Shown: in pieces, positions 51,381-64,000 of the stretch | Position numbering within the stretch: the first letter of the stretch is position 1 | Layout of the letters: each line of letters opens with the position of its first letter | Notes under the pieces: model-generated | The model's input: the letters and a program-made list of their open reading frames with translations, nothing else | What the model was told of the DNA's origin: nothing | The model's database searches: none | NCBI RefSeq assembly: GCF_006345805.1 | Contig: NC_042997.1 | Coordinates: forward strand, 18,600,001 to 18,664,000 | Origin: Octopus sinensis | Taxonomy: Eukaryota | Length of the DNA: 64,000 nt | Direction of reading: 5' to 3' | Translations under genes and position numbers: made by a program

Positions 51381-53439
51381 AACTTCAAGTTGAATGTTTC
51401 ATAGTTGGAATGACATGCTTATCTCAGCCAAGATGGCAAATGGGAATCAATGACTAGAAGCTAAGTTAGAAAGTGAAATAATCTCCACCAAACACTTAAG
51501 TCAGATTTTTTTTCCCCCTTTTAAAACTTTTATTTATGTTGAATTTATTTCTCAGCTTCAACCATTTAATAAAATTATTTCTTACGAAGCTATTCATAGA
51601 TTCCTGCAGTAATTCAACAGCTTGAAAGAAAGGCTGATAATGAGATTTTAAGATTTTAGTGCATTAAGATATCCATTGCTTTATGGATGTTGTCCTGTTT
51701 GAAGGAGATTAATCTGTCACTTATTCTTCCATCAAACATTTCAATAGTTTCAAAATAAATAAGAAACTTCCATTGCAAGACAAATATCTGAATATCTGGT
51801 GAGTGGTATTTCAGAAGAGATATAAGGAGATTTTCCATTCAGTTATTTATCATTTGTTTATTTATTTTCATTTTTCTTCTGAAGGGTTCTAGTTCTGTCA
51901 GGCTACTCTGCAATGAATTCATGGATGAATCATTTCAAAAATTCAAATATTTGAAATAAAATTTTAGATTAAGTGGATTTTTTTATGGAACAAATATAGT
52001 AAACATTTAACAGATGAATGCTCTTCTGTCTATTCTAATACCTACCACCACCAAGTTACAAACTTCTGTCAGTACATACTTTCAACTAGGTTAACTTCAA
52101 ATAATATGTTGAACAATATTCTTTGTTTAATCATTATAGTGCAATCACCATGCTTTCAACATTTAAGTTTGTGCTTCTCTCTCAGTAGGCAAAGACAGTA
52201 ACAACTCTAAAATAAAACAAAATGCTAATCTTCAATATTTCATTGAGTAGCTTTGGCATTAATATGATTTTTAACATTTTGCACAAACATGGATATATAT
52301 TTTGAGAGAGATTGTAGTTGATTAAATCAGCCTCAGTACTTGACTGGCGCCTTATTTTATTGACCTTGGAAGAATAAAGAGTAAAGCTGACCTTAACAAA
52401 GTTTGAACACAGAATATAAAGGGCTGTTACTAAATACCACAAGAAATTTTATCTGATACTAACGATTCTGCTAACCCATCACTCTTTGATATTAATATAG
52501 TAACAACACAGATGATGTGTAGGTGTATCAAATGTTGAACATTAATTAATTTTGTTACATTTTGCTGATTCTGATTTTAAAAATGTTACATTGTTTGATC
52601 TTGAGATATTTGTTAAGAGATATCTAATGAAACTTTGAAGTATCTAAATTATTCACCAGGTTTTTTTTCCTTTTAAAATGTCAGAATCCATGACAGCATA
52701 ATGAAATCGCTTAATACATATTTCCTTTCAGCAGGAAATCTACTTATTATACAGGACAAATTACATAAACAAATTATAAATTCAAAATACATTATATATA
52801 TATGATAAAAGGCCTTCATGTAAAAGCCTATCCATAATTCTATTAATATTTTTTCTGTCTAAAGTGACACTACATGATAGTTAATAACTAACTGACTGCC
52901 TTGTGCCAATGCTAGAGATCAATAATTAATTGGTTATTAGTGAGAGGGCATGCACCTGTAAAATACATTTATTAGCTGTGCATTAGCATGGTACCTGAAT
53001 TCCTGCAATTGTGCATTCATAACTTTGTAGACTGGAAGAAATGGATAAACATAACTAAAGATCACAATCCATCAACGTATACTAAATATAACCGAATAAA
53101 ATTATTAAAACACAAGTAAATTAATACATGAGACAGTACTGGAAGAATCTAATAATGCTTTGGGTGGAGTACAAAGACCTTGTTCATATATGCTATATGC
53201 AGGAGTCTGTCAATCTACAAATGACTCACATAGGAAAATTTGAATACAGCACTATAAGATAATAAAGTCCTACTGCTTATAACAATGAATTAGCAGAGCT
53301 TACAGTTTTAAGCACTTAATGGTAGTACGAGAGATCAGTTTTCAAGTTTGCGATGATTCAGTAAGCATGAATTGACCAAGATTCCTATTTGCATCTACAT
53401 AAACTGGTTCTTTTTAAAGAGTTATTTGTCTTTTCCAAG

Positions 53440-53459
53440 AACATAATACATCACTGAAG
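53440..53459 (+). CDS. Candidate 20-nt microexon (phase 1-0)
   Basis: Acceptor ttatttgtcttttccaag, donor AAG|gtgagc. The only open frame is HNTSLK, phase-compatible with 56618. Confidence 0.25.
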
Positions 53460-54927
53460 GTGAGCTAGGAAGAAGAAACCTTTTAATATATGTTGTATTT
53501 AAATTTCAACTTCCAAACAAAATGGTCAGCAGCAATTTCACATTACAAATGTGAACATTTATTTGTTTTACAATTTTTTTCCTGTGGAATTTTATTTCAG
53601 TGAAATTTAGAAAACTTTTCCAGAAGTTATTGATTATGAAACAAGGAATAGGAGACTATATAGTTTTAATAAATGTAAAACTATATGAATTCTTATTTTC
53701 AATAGCTCACAAGGAAGCAAAACAGAATACCAACAATGTACACATGGTTCTAATTGATGCATACCACTTAAGCAAAAGAGATCATCTGCAGTATATCCCT
53801 CAATTCTAAAAATGCTGACTACATTCTACATCCTCAAAGTGATCATTAATTCCTTTCAAAACTATTGTAAATATTACTTTTCTGAAAAATGATTTTTTTT
53901 AAAGCAGTAGAATTCAGATTACAAGGTAAGAATTGATAAATGATATTTTTCATAGATTTAAAACAAATCCATTAAATGATGATGATGAAGATGAGAAAGG
54001 GAGAGGGAGGAGTATCATCATCATCATCATCATCATCCTCATAGTTATGTGTCAAGAGATTCAAGCAAGAGTAAAGTTTTTATGACAAGCTTAAATTATA
54101 TTTTTAAAAGTCTGTAGCTCATTGTTGAAAAACCACAGCTCAAGAATGTGCTACATTATCAGAATAAAGCATAACATAGATTATTTTGTAAATATACTCT
54201 AAGTTTTTATTATCAATGGCGTTCAACTATATAAAGCAAAAGAAAACACCATAACTGCTAAACTTCAGTGAGGAGAGAAAATGTGAAAGCACACATCAGC
54301 TAATGATGATATGGTGTTATTTCAGCAGAGAAGTATTCTTTCTATAGAGTAATATTGACAGAATATTTGTGTAGCATGATTATATTTCTGTTTTTAGTCC
54401 AGTAAAAACTATAACTATAGACTGAGAAAATGTAATATCTGATAAGAGTGTGCAAGAAAATATAATATTTGAAGTGTTTTGTCTCAAATGTATTATTTCA
54501 AACAAGATGGTTGATTTCATAAGTATTGCGAACTATCCATTATTCATATTTTGTGTCTGCAGATGAGAATTGATAAGCATATTTTCACCACAGATAAATT
54601 ATATTACATTTTGTATGGAAAAAAAAAAAAAGCAGCGATTTTTTTTCCATCATTGTAAATAGAATAGGAACATGGTTTTTTTTCTTTTAATTTTTGATTT
54701 TGCTTTGTTATCCTAATAGCTGTACAATAGTTACTACTAACTTGCATTGTTTGCTATCTTTTATGGGTTTGTTACAGATATACAAAATGACTGATTATTT
54801 CATATATGTACTTTGGCAATCTTTTTTCCATCTTTCTTGTTTGCCTGGAAAGTATGAGCTAACAGGAGCTGTTAAACCTGAACTTCCACTTATTTTTAGC
54901 ATTTAAACAAATCATGATTGTTTTTCA

Positions 54928-54960
<33 letters not shown>

Positions 54961-56299
54961 TTTCTTTCGGTCGATGTTGTATGTGTTGATGTTTTTTCTT
55001 GATTAGCATAAATAGTTTTTGCATATGATTTGTTACATCTAATTTGTCTTAGCGTTTATAGTCAAAAAAGGCAGAAATTTGTACTGCTGAATAGATTAAG
55101 GCATCTTTACTACTCCCATACCATCAAGTTTATGCTGATCTGCTGCCAGAAAGTGTGACAAGTATTGTGTTGCTAGGATGTCAAGATACTAGAGGTATAG
55201 TGGTTTGTATATAATCACATTACTTGCAGTATCCATTGCCAAAACATCTAATACTAGGTGACCCACTCAACATAATGATAAAAAAAAAAGAAGTGGGCAC
55301 ATTTGGGTCATTACTGAAAGTAAAGCGATTTTATATAATTATTTCATTATATTGCAATGTATGTTTAAGTTTTTTGATCAAGTTTCAACAAATTCTATGA
55401 TAAGAACACCAAAGTGTGCTTGACATGTGTATCTGATTCTAGAGAAGAAACCATATCATGTTGGACTAAAGAAAGAGATTCAACACATCAATAGTATATG
55501 TATTCTTGCATTTAAGCAGTTTTGATATTAGTATAGTTATCAGGCAAATTAGCTGAATCATTAGAGCATATGAAAAAATAAATGCCTTGTAGTATTTTCA
55601 TCCATGTTTCAAATCTTGTTACAGTAAACTTTGCCCTTCATACTGCCAAATTTAATGGAGCTAAGAACTGGTAAAGGGCAGAAATTGATTAACCCAAATA
55701 CACATTTCCTGCAAATATGTAGGCTTGTGCCACTGTTAAACACTAATATGAGTATTTCTAATAGTAATTTGAGGAAAAAATTTTAAATTGATAACTTATG
55801 ACATATATTTATATTGCTTTATGTTCTGAGCACAAATCACACCAAATCTACTTTGCTTTCTGTTCTTCCAATAGTAATAAGCTCTACTGATATGTTGGGG
55901 ATGATTAAATCAACCTCTTTTCAATCACTTCTCCAAAATTTGTAGCTTTATATCTAATTTCAAAATTTCTAATACATCTTTTCATTTCATATGCAAAGGA
56001 AAAAAGTAGTGCCAACTTCATCTTAAATTAATTTAATTAGTAGAAATAGCAGAGTGACGACAGACAATATGCCTTGCTTCATTTAGTTGTGGATCTTCAT
56101 ATTCTTACTTCAAATCTCACCAAGTTCAAATTTATCTGTCATTCCTCTTTGATAAAATTGATAAAATAATGGTCAAGAAATTGGTTTGATTGTTACCACA
56201 CACATCTTATATTTGTAACCTATATAAGGAAATATTATCATTACTGACACATATAGAGAGAATGGTCTGATAGAATCACTGGAGCAACAGATGAAATAC

Positions 56300-56470
56300 C
56301 TTGCAATTATTTGTTCTGGGTTTTCATGTTCTGAGTTCAAATCCGGTTGAGGTTGACCTTGCCTTTCATGCTTCTAACATTAATAAAATAAAGTAATATC
56401 CAAGTACTTGAATTGATTTAATCAGCTAACCCATCCCCACAAAATTTATGGCCTTGTACCTTCTTTAGAA
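56300..56470 (+). mobile_element. Degenerate family D SINE
   Basis: gttctgagttcaaatccggttgaggttgaccttgcctttcat...aaatttatggccttgtacc. Confidence 0.6.
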
Positions 56471-56617
56471 ATTATTATTAGTGACACATCAACAAAGATT
56501 GACTTTGAAACCTTTTATGTAGTATTTGTTGTAATAAATTTTCTCAGCAATAACTAATTTTCTACAAATCCTTTTTTAAAGATAAAAACAAGTTGTATTT
56601 TTTTATCTTTCATTCAG

Positions 56618-56717
56618 CAAGTATGTGAAGACATTGCTAATGATGAAAGGTATCAGCTGCTCTGTTTAATCGATATCACAAATAAACAACATCAAAATCT
56701 GAACCATGTTGGTCATG
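56618..56717 (+). CDS. Best candidate coding exon in the window (100 nt, phase 0-1), unidentified protein
   Basis: Acceptor tttttatctttcattcag, consensus donor ATG|gtgagt, single open frame QVCEDIANDERYQLLCLIDITNKQHQNLNHVGH. Confidence 0.45.
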
Positions 56718-57419
56718 GTGAGTTTGTGAATTTTACCCCACTCACCACAACTGTCCCTATTAAGAATTAGGAACTAGCACAGTTCTACGCTACAAAACTA
56801 CTTAGTTACAGTCAATTTAGACTATTCACCAAACGACAACAACAGCAACAACTGTAATTACCATTATTACTGCTGCTGCCATTCCTGTCTAGTTATATTT
56901 GATCCAATATTTTAGCTTGCAGCCAAATTCCACAAGCTTTAGGCAAATCAGAATTGTTTTTATTGCAATAACATTGTGAAGTCCGAAAGGTTGTGTGGAC
57001 AGGAATTCATACTCCATTACTAAAACTATGATGTGTCACCGGACAAGGCATTTAATTCTACCATGCACAGCCTTTGGCAGGCTGTAAATTATGTACCAAA
57101 GGAAAGCAGCTGGTTGGTGGAATGCTGAACTGAATGAATAAACTAACTATCAAAACAATGGCTCACAGTGTTGAAATCACAGTTATTCATAACACAACCC
57201 CTAAATCATAATCACATTCATAAATAGGGATTTCTTTTGGCTAGGAACAAGGTCAAGTTTTGTTCGGGTGAAAAATATAGTCAATTGAAACTGTCCCAGC
57301 ACATTGCTGCTAACTTTATTGCCTTCCCCACCATTCATAGATGAAAGGTAAAGTCTAAGCTTAAAGGATTTGTATTCAGAATATAAATGAAGTCACCACC
57401 TCTACCACAACCACCAAGA

Positions 57420-58010
57420 ACCAAATCACCCTCAAGCCACACCCTATCGGCTTACAAGAGGGCATACTGGATAATGTAGTCTTAGACATAGAAGATGGGG
57501 CAGTCATGAATGGAATATCTTTGATCATTAGTCTGTTTAATCAGAGCTGATCCAAGAGTAAACAACAATAACAAAAAGCAACATCAACAACAATAACATC
57601 ATCATCAACTACAACAACAACAACAACAACAACAATTCAGTAAGTTTAACTCTAAGTGGTCAATAGAAATGCTAAAAAAGCCATCCAAAACTGCCTAAAT
57701 TGAAGTCAGTCATCTTTGAAAAGTGAGGGCACACTCTGTACTCTATGTTTCAAAAAGAAATGGGTTGGACATAGAACTGTTCTTTTAATCATAGATCTAC
57801 TAGTTTAGATCTTAAAGAGATAAACACCATCTCACCACCACCACCACAATCACCACCACCACCACACCACCACCACCACCGCCGCCACTGCCAGCAACAA
57901 CAACAACAATGGTAACAACAATACTATTACTAAATGAAACCAGATGTGATTAAATGATTATTTGATCTGGTAGAAATAGCACCCAAATCTCTCCAAAGTT
58001 TCACATAAAC
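57420..58010 (-). repeat. Three degenerate copies of the unclassified ~180-bp repeat, separated by (CAA)n/(CAC)n
   Basis: gatgggr..gtcat...tggaat.tctttgatca motifs. More copies at ~59570-59970, ~63040-63200 and ~63320-63510. Confidence 0.5.
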
Positions 58011-58082
58011 ATCCTGGAAAGGATTACAATACTAGTTAACTGAGTCCTGAATATATAACATGCTACACAAAAGAATGGGGGG

Positions 58083-58143
<61 letters not shown>

Positions 58144-58202
58144 TGGTGGTGGTGGTGGTGGTGGTGGTGTGGTGGTGGTGGTGATGATGATGATGATGAT
58201 GA

Positions 58203-58239
<37 letters not shown>

Positions 58240-58280
58240 GACGACGAGGACGACCATCATCATCATCATCATCATCATTG
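58083..58280. repeat. Compound trinucleotide array (GAT)n(GGT)n(GAT)n(GAC)n(CAT)n
   Basis: Directly visible. It explains the poly-D/G/W/H/M ORFs in the track. Confidence 0.95.
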
Positions 58281-58960
58281 TCGTTTAATGTCCTCCCACC
58301 ATGCTGTCATGTGTTGGATGGTTTGACAGGAACTAGCTAGGCAGGCACCTGCATTATGCTTCTGTGTCTGTTTTGGCATGATTTTTACGGTTGGATACCC
58401 TTCCTAACACCAATGACTCCCCTGAGTGGTTAGAGTGATTTTTTATGTGAGACCAGCAAAGACCAGGTCAGTTTTGGCATGGTTTTTACAGCTGGATGTC
58501 TTTCCAAATGCCAACTATTTAAAAATTTTGACTGGGAGCTTTTTAAGTGGCACAGCACTGGCAGGGTCACCAAGTAACTTTTGCAAGACAAGGAATCTTT
58601 GAGAGGCGAGGGGGACATTGGCAGAGATGTAATGAAAAGTTAGAGTGTGACAGAGAGACAGAAACAGATGTCTTGTTGTAGAGGATGTACATGGTTACCC
58701 AGCCCGAGAAAGGGAAAGAGAGATAGAGGAAGAGAGAGAGGAGGAGAGAGAGAGGAAGAGAGGGAGATGAAGAGGAGAGAAAGAGAGCGAGAGTTAACAA
58801 GAATGAGGGCAGAAACAGGTGTGTTGCTAAAGAGGAGGGACATGGTTACTTAGAGAGGGAGGCGGAGTTAACAATAAAGATGTGTGCTGTTGCAAAGGAG
58901 ATACAAGTAAGAGAAGGGGTGAGAGAGGGTACAAGAGAATGAGGGCAGAGACAAATAGAA
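58255..58960 (-). mobile_element. RTE-type tail element extending into GA-rich internally repeated sequence
   Basis: gtcgtttaatgtcc...catgctgtcatgtgttgga and tacagctggatgtc..tccaaatgccaac match the tail family. catggttac and agaatgagggcaga each recur in the GA-rich part. Confidence 0.6.
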
Positions 58961-60689
58961 GAGATACATAATTACTCAGTCAGAGGGAAGAGCAAGGGAA
59001 AGAGAGAGAGAGAGAGTAGGAGACAGCAAGTGCTGGAGAGAGATGGTAGCATGTACCAGGGTATACTTGCAAGGAATAGGGGATCAGAGCATAGAGATGG
59101 TAGAGTAAGGAAGAGAGAGATGAATGGTGGCAGGTACCGGCAGGGTATTGCCAAGAAGTTGCAAGCAAGAAGTGGGAGTGGAGAATGCTGTGACTGGTGA
59201 GAATCTGGGCATGTAGAGGGGGAGGGAACTGGGGAAGCACTGATACAGCAAGCAGGGCAGTGAAAACTGGATTAGGGAGTGGGAGATAATCATGGTGAAT
59301 GAAGAGGAAATGTGGGAAAGTGAAGAGAAACAGTTTGAGGAAAGGGGTGTGTAGCTTGGTTTGTTGGGATAGGGTGTGTGAAAATTCTATTGTGTACATG
59401 TGGTGGAACACAGCATCAGTGCTCAAGTAATTATAAATGAAAATTCTACATATATAAGTGAATAGAGTACCATTAGGACAAACATTATACAAGGGAGGCA
59501 GTGACCAAGTATACAATACCTGGCTCTGTTGTAGCTACCACATGTGAGCCAATAAGAGAGTCTTTAGGAGGTCACACAACCTGCAAAAAATAGCTGCCAT
59601 ATCACTCTCAAATCATACTCTGCTGTCTTTAAAAATGAAGGACTGCATATCTAAGATTACAACAGACAATGTAGTCTTACCTATACAAAAAGACTAGATT
59701 GTAATGGTTGGAAGACTTTTGGTCATAGATCAAAATCAGGGCTGATCTGAGGCTACAAAACAGCAATGTAAGGTCACCACTATAAAATTAGTCAAACTGC
59801 TAGAAATAGAAACCAAATCTCCCTCAGACTGTACACTTTTGTTTTATGGAAGGCAGAGACATATTGAATAATGCATCCTTCATCTGATTAAAAATATGAG
59901 GCAGTCATGGGTGAAATAGATTTGATAGTAAGCCTACTGGATCAAAACTGATCAGAGGTAAACAAGAACAACAACAGCAGCAGCAGAGCTGTTCAAGAAT
60001 TTGGACCTGGAGATCTCCATTCCTAGCGACTTCGAGGGCCACCTCCCAGTGGTGTCGGGCATCAACGAAGAGCCCTCGACTACAAGACGACCAAAGTTTC
60101 TTTTTTCCAAGGTCTGGGGTCTCCCGCCCCTAAGCCCTAGACCATCACCTAATCACCCTTACTCATCTTGTTGCTTAACAACAACAACAGCAGTTGCAGC
60201 AGCAGTAGCAAGTTTACAGAGAACTGGACAATGTATAGAGTATAACATGTACAGATTGTCACATTGTGTCCCTTATGATTAACCTTTACTTAAATAGTCT
60301 TCAGTTAGGTGGAGGTGTGGCATATCTGAAATGATGAAACATGTAGACTTGTAGATTGAACTTTATTAATAGGCTACATACCCTCTCCGTCTAATGGCCT
60401 GAAATCTTTCAAGTCTAAAGTAAATTCATTCCTTTCATCTTAATTTCTCCTTCATAGTCACTTACACTAAGAGGCTTCTGATCTTGTTTGGAATTTTTAA
60501 ATAAACATTTTAAGGTTCTGTTGTGTCTGGGGAGAGTCATTTTCTTTTTGCGCCTTATGATTTAACACACTCACCGGTAAAATTTCCACTCATTTACTTA
60601 TTTATTTTTCTAAAATTTTCGTTGTGTCTCGCAACCTTTTCAATAGTTGTTGACTCTGTCCGTTATTCAAGCTGTGTTCTTTTTTGTTT

Positions 60690-61160
60690 GTTTGTGCACA
60701 TGTGTGTGGGTCAGTGTGTTTGTGTAAGTGTATGTATGTATGTGTGTATGCATATGTATATATGTATGTATTCTACATATTCATGTGTTTGTGCGTTTGT
60801 GTATTTTTATGTGTGTTTGCATGTGTGTATGTACCTGTCTCCTTGTGTGTGCATGTTTGAGTGTGTCTGTGCATGTGCATGTGTGTGTATGGGTTTTTGT
60901 GACTATGTACTGTGTCTGTATGTATGGATGTGTATTTCCATATGTGTGGACGTGTGTCTCCATATGTGTCCTTGTGTGAAGTGAAGTGTGTGCGTATATG
61001 GTCATGTGTTTCAGTCTTCATTTGCATATGTGTGTGCTTGTCTGTTCATATTACCTATGTACCTATCCGTCTGTATGTCTATCTGTTTACTTTCATATTC
61101 ATATGCCTACGTATATGTGCATACACACACACACACACATACATACATACATACATCTAC
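60690..61160. repeat. Degenerate (TG/TATG)n microsatellite field
   Basis: Directly visible. Confidence 0.9.
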
Positions 61161-61302
61161 ACAATAGCCCACTAACTGTTCTACCTGTATATAAATACAA
61201 ACTGTGGGTATGGGGGTGTGGTTATCTACAACGTATATTTCCTATTTAGTACTGGGGATGTTTCCTTTATGAGGATGCACTCTTGTATTTGTCTGAGTGT
61301 TG

Positions 61303-61394
61303 GGTCCTTTATCTCTACAGATTCTCTATAGAAATTATAGCCAGCAATGATTTCATTATGATGTTATTTCTATAGAAAATCTGTAGAGATGACC
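61303..61394. other. Isolated ~90-nt stem-loop (25-bp arms, one mismatch)
   Basis: atctctacagattctctatagaaat (61311-61335) versus atttctatagaaaatctgtagagat (61366-61390), with outer ggtc/gacc pairing. Confidence 0.85.
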
Positions 61395-61984
61395 TTAATA
61401 TGTGATTTAAAGGCATTGTTAACACAGTAGAACAGAGTATTGACTTGTAAAAACGTTTAATATACTTTGTAGCATATTATGGTTGTGTAACGAAATATTG
61501 TGTGCCTACAAGTCATTAATTTCTAATAAAAATCAAAGCATAACATAGATACACTTTATAGATCCTGACCTAAGAGTATAGAGTAACGACCATAATGTGC
61601 CTAACTCACAGACAATTGCAACCATCGTTATTGATAAAACTAGTGCAACAGATGGAGCCTAAGTTAATAAAGAAATAAATCTCTAGGAAATTATGAAGCA
61701 GCTAGAAATAGCAATCAAGTATCCCTGAAGTCAAAATCTACAGTTTTCAAAAAAAAATAAAAAGAAAGGAAAATGCATCTAAGATTCAGTGTCTGAAAGA
61801 AAGATGGGAAGAGATGGTCACATCAGTTGGTCACATTCAGAAATACTTTGACCGTAGGTTCACTTGATGAGAGCTGACCTTTACTACACAGCAACAACAT
61901 CAACAACAAATCCCTCTGCATTCTCTCACTCTATCACTGTCACATCTACAAACCACCATAACAAACAATACCATCATAACTACA

Positions 61985-62408
61985 AGGCAGCGAGTTGGCA
62001 GAAACGTTAGCATGCCAGGCGAAATGCTTAGTGGCATTTCATCTGTCTTTATGGTTCTGAGTTTAAATTCCACTGAGGTCGACTTTGCCTTTCATCTTTT
62101 GGGGGCGATAAATTAAGTACCAGTTACGCACTGGGGTCGATATAATCGACTTAATCACTTTCTCTGTCCTTGTTTGTCCCCTCTATGTTTAGCCCCTTGT
62201 GGGCAATAAAGAAATAAGAAACATTAGCATGCCAGGCGAAATGCTTAGTGGCATTTCATCTGTCTTTATGGTTCTGAGTTTAAATTCCACTGAGGTCGAC
62301 TTTGCCTTTCATCCTTTAGGAGTTGATAAATTAAGTACCAGTTGTGTACTTGGGTCGATCTAATTGACTGGTCCCTTACCCCAAAATTTTGGGCCTTGTG
62401 CTTATAGT
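61985..62408 (+). mobile_element. Dimeric family D SINE (two monomers with different tails)
   Basis: 62007-62096 is identical to 62224-62313; the sequences diverge into two tail types afterwards. Confidence 0.85.
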
Positions 62409-62409
62409 A

Positions 62410-63000
62410 GAAAAGAATACTACCATAACAACCACTACCAGCACCGCAAAAACCAGCAGCAGCAGCACCATCACCACTACCACCACCACCACCACCACCA
62501 CCACCACAACCACCACTGTTGCTATTTCCTTGCCATTAGTATTTCTTTCCTTTCTCTCTGCTTTCTTTTTCTCCTTGCTTTTCTACATTTTATTCTTTTC
62601 TTTTTCCCTTTTTTTTTTGTTTCCCCAGATTCTATCCATAAATTTCATCCCAGCTCCATTCATATTCTATTTGTTCTCCACTTTCTCTCCGCCTTCCTCA
62701 TCCCCTTTCTTTTTAATATTTATTATTACTATTTTATTTTCAGCACCTTAAATGGCTACTCTTAAATTTTGATCCACCCTATTCTTTGCCACCCCATTCC
62801 ATTTATCTTCTGTCCCCACCTTTTTTCCACCCACCTCTCACTCTCCAGCCTTTATAATTTACTTCTGCAGCATTTCCTTCCTCCCTAATATAGTAGCCTT
62901 TATTCCTACAACCTCCCACCTTACACACACTCCATCCTCATCTTTCTATTCAGTCTCATTTACCTGCTACCCCTCTACTCCACTCATCTATTTTCATTCA
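62410..63000. repeat. (CAC/CAG)n run followed by a ~480-bp polypyrimidine low-complexity tract
   Basis: Directly visible. Confidence 0.85.
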
Positions 63001-64000
63001 TGAAATGAAACCCATGAGGGAAGACTTTACATGGTCGCTTGCCCAGCAGAAATAGCAGCCATATCTCCCTAAAAATCACACTTCAAAACTAACTAACTAA
63101 ATATATAAAAGTAAAGAACACAATCCTAGACCTGAAATAAAGATGGAATGGTCGCAGCTGGAATGCCTTTCCTCACAGGTCTGCTCATTCAGAACCCATC
63201 AGGAGCTACAAAATAACTGCCATTCATCTTCCATCCATCCTTTCTTTACTTCTTTTTTGCCTCCCACTAACAGCTTTCAATTTTAATCATTTTTTAACTA
63301 CATGGAGGGACTCAATATGGTCAATCAACCTGCTAGAAATGCCTACCAAATTTCTTTGAAATCACATTTTGTTGTCTTAAGAATGAAAGAACGCAGGCAT
63401 AATATCATCCTAGGTTCAACATTCCTGAAAAATAGATGGAATAGCCATAGTTGAAATGCCTTTAGTAATATGTCCACCCAATAATCGATGACCAATGGCT
63501 AAACAACAGCTTCATTGTCATCATGCCATCATACTGTCACATCTTCATTATCATCATCCCCACCCATTGGTATTGTGGACACTTCGTTGCTTTCAGCAAT
63601 GAGTATGCAGTTATCTGACCAACTGAATTCCTGCTTCAGACATTAATCTGTAAGTGGCTGTGTATTCCACAGACACATGTACACTCAAGCTAAATCCATA
63701 TACCACAATATGACAAGGACAGGCCTTTGAATGAGAGAAAGAGAGAGAGAGAGCAGTTATGAAAAATATATAGTAAAATCTCTCTCTGAACACACCTTTC
63801 TATCATAAAAAATAAAATAGATACATTGGATCATAGTCTAGAAACAAAAAAGAGTGGATAGACATGCTGCCAACACCATCACCACTGCTGTTGCCACCAT
63901 CATCATCGTCATCATCCACATTACTGACATGAGTTGGATGGCTCAACAGGAACCAGAGTCAGCAGACTGTAACAAGCTCCAGGGTCTACTTTGACAGTTT

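Noticed and set aside
58060-58326. ORFs with poly-D, G, W, H, M or T tracts (also 62364-62765)
   Set aside because: They are trinucleotide arrays and low-complexity tracts, with no splice or homology support.
58980-59516. 178-aa minus-strand ORF
   Set aside because: It derives from a GA-rich low-complexity tract (L/S/F/H-biased), and no domain is recognisable.

Overview
AT-rich, repeat-dense eukaryotic genomic DNA. The tRNA-headed SINE families and (TA)n/(CA)n load look like an octopod cephalopod (Octopus-like); this is recognition from memory, not a database result. No complete protein-coding gene, rRNA, true tRNA or CRISPR array is visible, and most long ORFs in the supplied track are microsatellite or repeat artefacts. 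Supported content: many SINEs, several RTE-clade LINE fragments, an R4/Dong-like LINE fragment with its restriction-like endonuclease motif, a Gypsy LTR retrotransposon whose internal domains are scrambled and partly inverted, a decayed full-length mariner with both TIRs, a Helentron-like non-autonomous element next to a tandemly duplicated Helitron helicase C-terminus, and Penelope-like termini. There are unconfirmed candidate exons of unidentified genes on both strands. The most notable observations are three retroelements of different classes with internal inversions, modular SINE tail swapping with an in-window LINE tail donor, a pre-miRNA-like hairpin, and (speculative) minus-strand exon-like segments each broken by one stop codon.
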